From positions 64,001-128,000 of the forward strand of contig OZ220090.1 in assembly GCA_964291625.2 (NCBI GenBank): a stretch of DNA of 64,000 nucleotides. Reading direction: 5' to 3'. The number at the start of each line of letters is the position of its first letter. Position 1 is the stretch's first letter. The notes below the pieces were generated by a model. That model was not told where the DNA came from, searched no databases, and saw only the letters and a program-made list of their open reading frames with translations. Both the position numbers and the translations under genes were made by a program. This document shows positions 38,893 through 47,866 of the stretch, one piece after another. The DNA is from Candidatus Latescibacterota bacterium (GTDB lineage: Bacteria > Latescibacterota > UBA2968 > UBA8231).

Positions 38893-39474
38893 TCAGGGCG
38901 CTGCGCCGCCCGCCTTGACCCGGCCCCAGCCGGAGAGTTCCACCGCGGTCACCCGGCCGCCGCCGACGAGGACCTCCACCTCGTGGAAGACGATCGTTCC
39001 CAGGGCCACCAGCTCGATGTTGTCGGCCCGCGTGCCGGGAGGGAAGCGGACCTCGGTCCACGCATCGGTCACCCTGGAGTGGTTGGCCGCGGAAGCGGTC
39101 CGCGTGCCCTCGGGCTCGCGGAGGGTGCCGGTCTCGTCGAGACGGCCACCCACGTAGGCGCGGATCTCGTAGTCGTTGCCGATGGCGCCGACGTAGACGC
39201 GCACCGACTCCAGGAGCAGGGGCTCCTCCCACTCGAAGACCAGGATACCCCCGCCATGCCAGAGGAAGCCCCGGGCCTTCGGATTCCCTTCAGGCGTCTC
39301 GCCGTCCACCAGCGCGGCGAGATCCCCCTTCCAGGTGTTCCAGGTGGTGGCCCGGGTCACGGCGTCGGGGGCGGCGTTGCGGTCCCCGGTCAGGGCGGGG
39401 GAGGCCAGCACCAGCCAGAGCGCGGCCAGCGTCAGCACGGCGGTTCGCGTTTCCAGGAGAGATGAGGATGTCAC
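38893..39474 (-). CDS. Secreted hypothetical protein (discoidin-like) with C-terminal TAVE..SWGxVK-type motif; start uncertain (GTG 39438 possible)
   Basis: Hydrophobic signal; LVDG..; C-terminal VTAVELSGWGRVK. Confidence 0.6.
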   Translation of the reverse strand: MTSSSLLETRTAVLTLAALWLVLASPALTGDRNAAPDAVTRATTWNTWKGDLAALVDGETPEGNPKARGFLWHGGGILVFEWEEPLLLESVRVYVGAIGNDYEIRAYVGGRLDETGTLREPEGTRTASAANHSRVTDAWTEVRFPPGTRADNIELVALGTIVFHEVEVLVGGGRVTAVELSGWGRVKAGGAAP

Positions 39475-41660
39475 GACGGAAGAAGAGGACCCTCGCCGCG
39501 GTCTCCCTGCTGATCGCGGCCCTGGCGGTCTGGGACATCCATGTCCACCGCGCCACCATCTGGTTCGTCGGGCCGGCCGGCGCCGCCCTCGGCGAGGACG
39601 AGCCGGTGCGGGTCGAGGGTCTGCCGATCATCCGGCCCAACACCATCACCCTGGGCGAGGGCCATCCCACGGTGGCCGTCGCCGCCTCCATCGACGGCGA
39701 GCTGCCCGAGCCCGCGGCCCTCGACGCGGCCCTGAGCTACGAGCAGGTCGACGCCGTGGTCAGCCGCGCCCTGGACCTGGACCGGTCGGGCCGCTCGATC
39801 CGCGACGTCATCGGCGCCGATGACGAGGTGCTGATCAAGGTGAACAACATCACCAACCGGGGCAATCCCAACTCCTCCTACCACGCGCGGGGCTTCGAGC
39901 ACCCGGGGCAGATCACCGACCTGCGGGCGGTGAAGAGCGTCATCGCCTACCTCGTGCGGCACGTGGGGCCCGAGAGGATCACCATCGTCGAGGGCGGCTC
40001 CCAGTCGCCCCGCAAGGGCGCTCCCGGGTTCCCCACCAACGCCACCAACGACAGCTGGTCGGTCACCTATCCGGAGTTCGACGGCCTCTCCTACGAGAAG
40101 ATCCTGGAGGAGTTCGCCGCCATGGAGGTGGCCACCGTCGTCGACACGGCCGATCTCAACTACGCCCCCTTCAGCCGCCGGTACGTGCCCGGCGGCGCCT
40201 TCCAGCGGCTGGGCGTGACCCGCCTGAACTACCCCAACGCCCAGCAGGGCTTCCACGTGGCCGGCACGGGCCGCTTCCGCGACGCCCCGCTCACGGTGCC
40301 CACGATCCTCCTCGAGGCGGACAAGGTGATCTCCCTGCCGGCCATGAAGACCCACGTCTACGGCCCGACCCTGGGCATCAAGAACTTCGTGGGCGCCCTC
40401 TCGCCCCGGGGGCGCGGCACCAGCAGCCTCTCCAAGGGGGAGCTGTTCCAGTTCAACCCGGAGCACGGCCAGGTCGACATCTACACCTTCCACCCGGCGG
40501 ACTACACGATCATCCAGGGGTTCTGGGGCACCGAGGGGGACGGGCCCCAGGACGGCGTCAACACCCAGCACAACGTCGTCGTCGCCGGCGCCGACCCGGT
40601 GGCCACCGAGGCGGTGGGCAGCGTCGCCATGGGGTACAACCCGCTCGATCTCGAGCTGCTCTACCTGGCGGCGATCAAGGGCTTCGGCACCTTCGACCTG
40701 GACCGGATCGAGGTGGTGGGACGGCCCGTGGAGAGCATCGAGCGCAACTACATCAAGTCCCGCATCCACACCCTCGGGGCCCGCCATCCCCCCTTCTACG
40801 GCCGCGGCATCCGCCGCTGGCTGGTGGCCGGACCCTTCCCGGGGGCCGACCTCGACGCCGCCCACCTGCCGGACGAGGCCGGCCTGCGGCCCGTGGAGGG
40901 CCAGGCGGCCCTCGACCGCACCTGGACCCGGGTGGAGCACCTGGGCTACTCGGCCGAGATCCTCGACCTGGGGCAGGTCAACGGCGAGGACGAGGACGCC
41001 GCCCACTACGCTTTCACCCTGGTCCACGCCGAGCGGGACATGGAGGGGTTCCTGGCCCTCGGCTACGGCGATCTCGTGCCGAAGGGGCAGGGCGGCGGCG
41101 ACGTGGCTCGGGTCTGGCTCAACGGGGAGGTGGTCCACGACGGCAGCGAGCGCCGCGGCTTCCGCCTCGCCGACAGGACCTTCCCGCCGGTCGCCGTCCA
41201 CCTGCGGCAGGGCGAGAACCGGCTGCTGTTCAAGGTCGGAAACTTCGAGCGGGACGCGTGGCTGGCGGCGCACCTCGTGGACGAGGACGGGGACCGGCTC
41301 TTCGGCATCGAGTACTCCTTGACCGGGGAGACTCCCACCGCCGTGGACGAGGATTCGGGGACACCGGAAGTCCTTCCGGCCCAGCCGGTTCTGCTGGCGA
41401 ACTACCCCAATCCCTTCAATCCGGCCACCCGCATCCGCTTCGTCATGCCCGGCGAGGCCCGGGTCCGCCTGGAGGTCTACGATCTCGCCGGACAGCGAGT
41501 GCGCCGGCTGATGGACCGGACCGTGGCAGCGGGGCGCTACGAGGTCGTCTGGGACGGGCGGGACGCCTCCGGCTTCAACGCCGCCAGCGGCGTCTACCAC
41601 GCCGTGCTGCGCGACGACGGCGGCCGGCGCTGGTCCCGGGCGATGACCCTGATCCGATGA
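39462..41660 (+). CDS. DUF362-domain secreted protein with FlgD-Ig/T9SS-like C-terminal domain
   Basis: VLIKVN, ADKVISLPAMKTH, TLGIKN, EGDGP, AGADPVA; C-terminal NYPNPFNPAT...VWDGRD..ASGVY. Confidence 0.8.
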   Translation: MRMSRRKKRTLAAVSLLIAALAVWDIHVHRATIWFVGPAGAALGEDEPVRVEGLPIIRPNTITLGEGHPTVAVAASIDGELPEPAALDAALSYEQVDAVVSRALDLDRSGRSIRDVIGADDEVLIKVNNITNRGNPNSSYHARGFEHPGQITDLRAVKSVIAYLVRHVGPERITIVEGGSQSPRKGAPGFPTNATNDSWSVTYPEFDGLSYEKILEEFAAMEVATVVDTADLNYAPFSRRYVPGGAFQRLGVTRLNYPNAQQGFHVAGTGRFRDAPLTVPTILLEADKVISLPAMKTHVYGPTLGIKNFVGALSPRGRGTSSLSKGELFQFNPEHGQVDIYTFHPADYTIIQGFWGTEGDGPQDGVNTQHNVVVAGADPVATEAVGSVAMGYNPLDLELLYLAAIKGFGTFDLDRIEVVGRPVESIERNYIKSRIHTLGARHPPFYGRGIRRWLVAGPFPGADLDAAHLPDEAGLRPVEGQAALDRTWTRVEHLGYSAEILDLGQVNGEDEDAAHYAFTLVHAERDMEGFLALGYGDLVPKGQGGGDVARVWLNGEVVHDGSERRGFRLADRTFPPVAVHLRQGENRLLFKVGNFERDAWLAAHLVDEDGDRLFGIEYSLTGETPTAVDEDSGTPEVLPAQPVLLANYPNPFNPATRIRFVMPGEARVRLEVYDLAGQRVRRLMDRTVAAGRYEVVWDGRDASGFNAASGVYHAVLRDDGGRRWSRAMTLIR

Positions 41661-43627
41661 GCCAGGGCGCCGCCCAGGCGCCGACACGCGCCCCGCCCCG
41701 CCGCCTGAGGACCCTGGCCCTCGGCCTGGCCGGCTGCCTGTGCATCGGCCTCGGCACCCAGTTCGGGGAGATGATCACCGGTGGGTCGCGGATGGCCAGC
41801 GGCTTCACCACCGGGGCCGCCCTGGTCCTGCTCTTCCTGATCGCCGGCGGGCTCAACCCGGCCCTGAAGCTCCTGCGCCCGGCCTGGGCCCTGCGGCGCG
41901 GCGAGCTGATGGTGGCCCACGGCATGATGATGGTCGCCTGCGCCCTGCCCACGACCGGGCTGGTCGCCTATCACCTGCCGATCCTGATCCTCGCCTTCTA
42001 CTACGCCACCCCGGAGAACGAGTGGGCCGAGGTGATCCACCCCCACGTCCCGGAGTGGATGGCGCCGCGGGACCCCGGGGCGATCCGCTACTTCTTCGAG
42101 GGGTTGCCCGAAGGGGAGGCGATCCCCTGGGACGCCTGGGTCCTGCCCCTGGCCTGCTGGGCCGCCTTCTTCGCCGCCCTCTACCTCGTGATGATCTCGG
42201 TGGCCGTCATCCTGCGCCGCCAGTGGATGGAGGCGGAGCACCTCGTCTACCCGGTGGCCCAGGTGCCCCTGGCCATGTCCCGCGACGAGCCGGGCTCGGC
42301 GGTCAATCCCTTCTTCAAGAGCTGGCTCATGTGGCTGGGCTTCGCCCTGCCCGTGCTGCTCACGACGACCGAGGCCCTGCACCAGTACGACCCCTCCTTC
42401 CCGTCGGCCCGGGGCCTCCTCTACCCCGGCACCAGCCTGCCGATCCTGAGGAACACCACGTCCATCGGCTTCCTCCTCAGCTTCCCGATCCTCGGGTTCT
42501 CGTACCTGGTCCGCCTGGACATCGCCTTCGGCCTGTGGTTCTTCAACCTCCTGGCCAAGCTCCTGCTGGGGGTCTTCCGGGTCACGGGGATCCACAGCAC
42601 CGAGCACCTCGACTTCGCCGCCAACTCGCCGATCCTGGCGCACCAGGGGATGGGGGCGATGATCGTCCTTTGCCTCGGGGGTCTGTGGGTCGCCCGCGGC
42701 CACCTGAAGGGCGTGCTGCGCGCGGCCCTCGGCCGGCGGGAGGGGGGGACGGACGACAGCGGCGAGATCATGTCGTACCGCGCCGCCGTGTTCGCCTGCC
42801 TGGGCGGCTCCGCCTTCATGCTCCTCTTCCTGCGCGCCGGCGGCTTGCCCCTGTGGGCGGGGGCGACGATGCTGCTCGTCGCCTTCGTCCTCTTCGTCGG
42901 CATCACCCGGATCGTCGTCGAGGGGGGGATGGCCTCGTGCCGGGCGCCGCTGATCGCCCCCAACTTCGTCGTCTCGGGGATGGGGGCCGGCGCCGTGGGG
43001 GCGCCGGGCCTGACGACCTTGGTCTACACCTACTCCTGGACCGGCGACATCCGCACCTTCGTCATGGCCTCCGCGGCCCACGCCCTCAAGCTCCTCGACG
43101 AGGTGCGGGAAGCCGGCGGGCGCCGCTGGGTCTTCTGGTGCCTGGCCGCGGCCGTGGCGGTGACCACCTCGGCCTCGTGCTGGATCATGCTGAGGCTGGC
43201 CTACGAGCACGGGGGGACCAACCTCAACGCCGGCTACTTCCAGCACATCACCATGATTCCCATCCGCTACCTCGACTTCTACCTCAAGAACCCGGCGCCC
43301 CCCAACTGGGACGGCTGGATGCACACCGGCCTCGGCGCCGGGGTGATGGCCGTGCTCATGTTCGTGCGCCAGCGCTTCCTGTGGTGGCCCCTGCACCCCC
43401 TGGGGCTGCCGATCAGCGCCACCCGGATCATGGACCTGGTCTGGTTCAGCGTCTTCCTGGCCTGGCTCGCCAAGCTGACGATCCTCCGCTACGGGGGCCC
43501 GCGGCTGTTCCTGCGGCTGCGCCCCTTCTTCCTGGGCATGATCCTCGGGCAGTTCGTGGTGGCGGGTCTGTGGATCGTCATCGACTACCTTACCGGCATG
43601 AGAGACAACATGGTCTTCGTCATCTGA
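41657..43627 (+). CDS. DUF6785/DUF6784 polytopic membrane protein (putative transporter)
   Basis: YYATPENEW, RRQW..E.L.YP, WWPLHPLG, LRYGG, PFFLG; many TM helices. Confidence 0.75.
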   Translation: MSQGAAQAPTRAPPRRLRTLALGLAGCLCIGLGTQFGEMITGGSRMASGFTTGAALVLLFLIAGGLNPALKLLRPAWALRRGELMVAHGMMMVACALPTTGLVAYHLPILILAFYYATPENEWAEVIHPHVPEWMAPRDPGAIRYFFEGLPEGEAIPWDAWVLPLACWAAFFAALYLVMISVAVILRRQWMEAEHLVYPVAQVPLAMSRDEPGSAVNPFFKSWLMWLGFALPVLLTTTEALHQYDPSFPSARGLLYPGTSLPILRNTTSIGFLLSFPILGFSYLVRLDIAFGLWFFNLLAKLLLGVFRVTGIHSTEHLDFAANSPILAHQGMGAMIVLCLGGLWVARGHLKGVLRAALGRREGGTDDSGEIMSYRAAVFACLGGSAFMLLFLRAGGLPLWAGATMLLVAFVLFVGITRIVVEGGMASCRAPLIAPNFVVSGMGAGAVGAPGLTTLVYTYSWTGDIRTFVMASAAHALKLLDEVREAGGRRWVFWCLAAAVAVTTSASCWIMLRLAYEHGGTNLNAGYFQHITMIPIRYLDFYLKNPAPPNWDGWMHTGLGAGVMAVLMFVRQRFLWWPLHPLGLPISATRIMDLVWFSVFLAWLAKLTILRYGGPRLFLRLRPFFLGMILGQFVVAGLWIVIDYLTGMRDNMVFVI

Positions 43628-43639
43628 CGGGGGAGGGAG

Positions 43640-44410
43640 ATGGAGCGGATCGACTTCCAGAGCTGGATGCCCGGGGCCTTCGACGGGAAGCCCTTCGGCC
43701 CGGGGGACCTCGAGGCGTTGCAGGAGGAGGCCGCCGTCGGGCGCTGCGTCGTCATGCCCGAGGCGGAGGACCGGCCCGACAACGACGGCCTGGCCGCCCG
43801 CATCCGGGGCCGGGCCCGCATGGTCGGCTGCGCCAGCGTGAATCCGCGGCTCGGGGCGCAGGCGGTGGAGGAGCTGGAGCGGGCCGTCGTCGAGCTGGGG
43901 TTCCGGGGGCTGCGCCTGTTCCCGGCGGACCACGGCTATCCCGTGGACGGCGGGGAGGTGGATCCCGTGCTGGACAAGGCTCGCGAGCTTGGGATCCCCG
44001 TCACCGTGGACGGATGCCGCGAGAACTGCGAGCCCGCCCGGATCGCCGCCGGGGCCGCCAGGTTCCCGGAGGTGCCCTTCATCGTCGACGTGGGGTTCCG
44101 CCCGAGCGCGCCCCCGGCGTCGATGCAGGTGCCCCTGCCTCCCGAGGGCCGCATCGCCGAGACCGCCCGCGAGACGCCCAACCTCTACCTGGGGCTCACC
44201 GCCATGGCGGCGGTGGAGCTCTACTGCATCAAACGGCTCATGGGGGTCTGCGGGCCGGAGAAGCTGGTCTTCGGCTCCAACGCTCCCTGGGGCCTGCCCC
44301 GGCTGGCGGTGCGCGGCTTCGAGATGGTCCGCCTGCCCCGCCGCCAGGAGGAGGCGGTCCTGGGCGGCACCCTCGCCGCCCTCTACGGGATCTCCGGAGA
44401 GGAGGGCTGA
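43640..44410 (+). CDS. Amidohydrolase_2-fold protein, metal ligands degenerate
   Basis: ELERAV.ELGFRGLRL.P and KLVFGSN; lacks HxH and the other His ligands. Confidence 0.75.
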   Translation: MERIDFQSWMPGAFDGKPFGPGDLEALQEEAAVGRCVVMPEAEDRPDNDGLAARIRGRARMVGCASVNPRLGAQAVEELERAVVELGFRGLRLFPADHGYPVDGGEVDPVLDKARELGIPVTVDGCRENCEPARIAAGAARFPEVPFIVDVGFRPSAPPASMQVPLPPEGRIAETARETPNLYLGLTAMAAVELYCIKRLMGVCGPEKLVFGSNAPWGLPRLAVRGFEMVRLPRRQEEAVLGGTLAALYGISGEEG

Positions 44411-44411
44411 C

Positions 44412-45158
44412 GTGAGGATCTTCGACTGCGAGGCCTACCTGCCCAACAGCGGCAATCCCTATCTCTGCGGCGACTCCTTCGAGCCGGCGGACCTGATCCG
44501 CATCGTGGACGAGGTCGACACCGAGGCCGTCCTGACCATCCCCGCCCCCGAGGCGCCCCTGGAGGGCTCGGGATGGGAGCCGACGAACAACCGCACCCTG
44601 AGGTGGGCCATGGACGAGTACCCCGGCCGCCTCCTCGGCTGCTGCGTCGTCAGGCCCGCCGACGGCCAGGCGGCCGTGGACGAGTTCGTGATGACCGTGA
44701 AGGAGTGGGGGTTCTCGGGGCTGAAGTACGCCCCGGGCCTGGAGGGCACGGCGGCGGACCTGGCACGGGCCGCCGAGGAGATGGAGGTCCCCGTCACCAT
44801 CCACACCAACGGATCGGCTGTGCTCTACGAGCGCATCGCCGCCCTGGCCCGCCGCCATCCCCGCCTGGAGATGGTCCTGGAGCACATGGGGTACCGCTTC
44901 AACGTGGACCTGGCCATCGACCTGGCCCGCCGCTTCGGGAACGTCCACCTCGCGCCCACGGTGACCGCCGCGGCGGAGCCTCTCGCCGTGCGCAAGGCGA
45001 TCGACGAGGTCGGGGCGGAACGGGTCGTCTTCGGCTCCAACGCGCCCTGGGTGGCCCCCGTCCTCGGCGTCGAGGGGATCCGCAGCCTGGAGCTGGGCGC
45101 GGCGGCGGAGGAGCTGATCTTCCGCGAGAACTTCCGGAGGATCTACCGGCTGCCCTGA
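44412..45158 (+). CDS. Amidohydrolase_2 family protein
   Basis: GFSGLKY, PVTIHT, LEHMG, RVVFGSNAP, IFRENFRRIY; GTG start. Confidence 0.8.
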   Translation: MRIFDCEAYLPNSGNPYLCGDSFEPADLIRIVDEVDTEAVLTIPAPEAPLEGSGWEPTNNRTLRWAMDEYPGRLLGCCVVRPADGQAAVDEFVMTVKEWGFSGLKYAPGLEGTAADLARAAEEMEVPVTIHTNGSAVLYERIAALARRHPRLEMVLEHMGYRFNVDLAIDLARRFGNVHLAPTVTAAAEPLAVRKAIDEVGAERVVFGSNAPWVAPVLGVEGIRSLELGAAAEELIFRENFRRIYRLP

Positions 45159-45228
45159 GGCCGCTCCGGCCTCGACGAAGCGGCATCCGCCCCGGCGCCC
45201 CGGAAGAAGCGGCTCCCCGGACCGGCCC

Positions 45229-46581
45229 TCACGGAGCGCAGCCGCCCACCGCCGCGAGCTGGCCCTCGACAAACGCCTCGGCCCGCTCGTTCTCGGCCTC
45301 CGGGTCGCAGATCCCGCGCAACTCCGCCTCCAGGCCGCGGGCGACGCCGCCCTCGGCCTCGTAGCGGTCCTCCAGCTCGCCCGGGTCGTCGACCACGTGG
45401 AAGAGCTGGTGCGGGGCCTTCACGTGGTGGATCAGCTTCCAGGGCCCGCGGCGGATCATGTAGCTGCTGGCCCGGGTGCCGTGGCCGTGGTACTCGCTGA
45501 AGACGGCGCGCGTGTCGTCGTGGTCGCGGACCGTCTGCAGCGGCTGGCCGTGGCGGTCGCCGGGCATGGGGACCCCGGCGCTGGCGAAGAGGCTCGCCTG
45601 CAGGTCCATCAGGCTCACCGGGGTGCTCACGCGGCCCCGGCCGTCGAAGTCCGGCCCCGCCGCGATCAGCGGCACCCGCGCCGAGTCCTCGTAGAGCGAG
45701 CACTTCCACCACATGCCGAAGCGGCCGAGCATCTCCCCGTGGTCCGAGCAGTAAACCAGGTTCGTCGTCTCCCGGAGGCCGGCGGTCTCGACGGCTGCCC
45801 TCAGTCGGCCGAGTTGCTGGTCGACCCAGTCCACGCACGCCAGGTAGCCCCGCCGCAGGCCCCTCCTCTGGGCCTCCCTGAACCCGTCGGTCTGGAAGTG
45901 GGCCCGCAGGTCGGCCGCCCGCGGGTGCCGGCCCGTGGGGTGCTCCGGACCGGGCTCGGGCAGGTCGTCGCAGCCGGAGTACTTCTCCCACAGCTCAGGC
46001 GTGGCCACGTGGGGGAAGTGGGGCGGGCCGACGCTGACGAACAGGACCCAGGGCCGGTCCAGGTTCGGGGCCGTGTCCCGGAGCCAGTCGAGGGCGGCGC
46101 CGACGACCCGTCCGGGCCGCTCGAAAGCGTCCGGCTTCCCGCCGTAGCCGTCGGCCCTCTGGCGGGCCCCCGCGCGGATCACCAGCGGGTTCCGGCGGCA
46201 TTCCCGATCCCCTGGCGGGCGGTGGTCCGAGGGGTGGACCACTTCGCTGTAGCCCAGCTCCTCCACCGGCCGCCACAGGTGCGCCTTGCCCATGTGCACG
46301 GTGTGCACGCCGTGTTGCCGCAGAATGCTCCCGAAGCTGGTCAGCCCGGCCGGCAGGTTGACGTTGCAGTTGTTGTAGCAGCGGCTCTCATGGACGTAGC
46401 GCCCGCTGTGGAAGGCGGACCTCGCCGGCAGGCACAGGGGCGAGGGGGTGTAGGCGTGCTCGAAGAGGGCTCCCTCCTCGGCCAGGGCCCGCATGTGCGG
46501 CGTCTCGACAACACCGTGTCCGTAGGGCTCGCTGAAGAGCGGGTTGTGCTCGTCGGACATGAAGACGACGGTGTTGGCCAT
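45229..46581 (-). CDS. Sulfatase (choline-sulfatase-like)
   Basis: MSDEH, CLPAR (CxPxR), GKAH, PHFP, SDHGEM, KCSLYE. Confidence 0.92.
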   Translation of the reverse strand: MANTVVFMSDEHNPLFSEPYGHGVVETPHMRALAEEGALFEHAYTPSPLCLPARSAFHSGRYVHESRCYNNCNVNLPAGLTSFGSILRQHGVHTVHMGKAHLWRPVEELGYSEVVHPSDHRPPGDRECRRNPLVIRAGARQRADGYGGKPDAFERPGRVVGAALDWLRDTAPNLDRPWVLFVSVGPPHFPHVATPELWEKYSGCDDLPEPGPEHPTGRHPRAADLRAHFQTDGFREAQRRGLRRGYLACVDWVDQQLGRLRAAVETAGLRETTNLVYCSDHGEMLGRFGMWWKCSLYEDSARVPLIAAGPDFDGRGRVSTPVSLMDLQASLFASAGVPMPGDRHGQPLQTVRDHDDTRAVFSEYHGHGTRASSYMIRRGPWKLIHHVKAPHQLFHVVDDPGELEDRYEAEGGVARGLEAELRGICDPEAENERAEAFVEGQLAAVGGCAP

Positions 46582-46622
46582 GGCTGGACAGCCGCGCAGC
46601 GCGGCTCGTGTGGCGGGCGCGC

Positions 46623-47621
46623 CTAGTCGAGCCCCAGCAGCCGGGCGGCGTTGTCGTGGAAGACGTCCTCCACCTGGCGGTCCGTGAGCCCCACCGCCTG
46701 GCACGCCCACTTCAGCGACCGCAGGTGCTCCAGGATGATGAGCACCGGCCGGATGGTGGTGTGCTTCTCCTGCCACACCGGGGCGTCGTCGTAGAGCCAC
46801 AGGAAGGTGTCGGCCACGGGCACGCTGCGGCCGTGCTGGTGGCTGGCGGGTCCGAAGTCGGTGCCCATCATGAAGCGCTCGTGGCCGATGATCCTGAGGA
46901 TCGCCACGTGGGCCATGGCGTCGCAGTTGGCGCTGGAGTCGAAGTAGAGGTTGTCCAGGCCCCGCAGCGCCGGCAGGCCGTCGAAGTTGTGGGCCGGCTG
47001 GAAGCCCCGGGCCGAGTGGGCCAGGACCAGCCTCATGTCCGGGTAGGTCTCGCAGTAGTGGCGGATCCAGTGCTGGTTGCCCGGGTCGGCGGCGGCCCGG
47101 CTCTTGACCATGTGGAGGGTGATGATCCAGCCCTCCTCGTGGGCCACCCGCACCAGCTCCTCCGGCAGGTAGGCGGGGATGTCGGCCTCCCAGGTCGGCC
47201 TGGTGCGCGAGAAGGTGTGGTAGCACTTCAGGCCCCGCAGTCCGAGGCGCTTCCCCTGCTCCCGCACCCACTCCGGGTCGTCGCCGGGCCGGATCAGGAA
47301 GGCCCCCGCGAACCGGGGCCGGCCGGCGATCGTGTCCGAGACCCACTCGGACTGCAGCAGGGAGGTCTCGGGATCCCGGAGCGCCACCGTCGGCAGGATC
47401 CAGGCGCCCACCTCCCGCCCCGGGAAGACCGGCTCGATCAGCTTCAGGTACTCGTCGCAGCCCACGTCCTCCGGGAACCCGGGGGGCGTCATGGCCCGGT
47501 TCGATTCCCGGCTCCACAGGTGGCAGTGCATGTCGAAGACGCGCTCCGGGAGGAAGGCGGCCAGCTCGCGCTCGAAGAACTCCTGGTCGTGCTCCTGGAA
47601 GGACGCTAGGGGGTCCAGCAT
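46623..47621 (-). CDS. Amidohydrolase_2 family protein
   Basis: FDMHCH, GLKCYH, ITLHM, LAHSARGF, MGTDFG, NAARL. Confidence 0.88.
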   Translation of the reverse strand: MLDPLASFQEHDQEFFERELAAFLPERVFDMHCHLWSRESNRAMTPPGFPEDVGCDEYLKLIEPVFPGREVGAWILPTVALRDPETSLLQSEWVSDTIAGRPRFAGAFLIRPGDDPEWVREQGKRLGLRGLKCYHTFSRTRPTWEADIPAYLPEELVRVAHEEGWIITLHMVKSRAAADPGNQHWIRHYCETYPDMRLVLAHSARGFQPAHNFDGLPALRGLDNLYFDSSANCDAMAHVAILRIIGHERFMMGTDFGPASHQHGRSVPVADTFLWLYDDAPVWQEKHTTIRPVLIILEHLRSLKWACQAVGLTDRQVEDVFHDNAARLLGLD

Positions 47622-47866
47622 GGGGGGGCGGCTCCGGAGATGTGGTGGTGGGCGGGGCGCAAGGCTAAGGGCGGGCAGGGGCTCCCGCAAAGCCGGTCCC
47701 GCCGCGGCTGTCGGGGGCTTGGGTTCGCGCCATCCGCCCCGGCGCCGCTTGCGGACGCGGGCCTCGGCTCCGGGAGCCGCTCCGGGCGCGCCAGCTCCGG
47801 CCCCGGGCTTCGGGCGCCCGGTCTGCGCTACGCTGCCCCTACCCTCGTGCGGGTGGTCATATGCTA

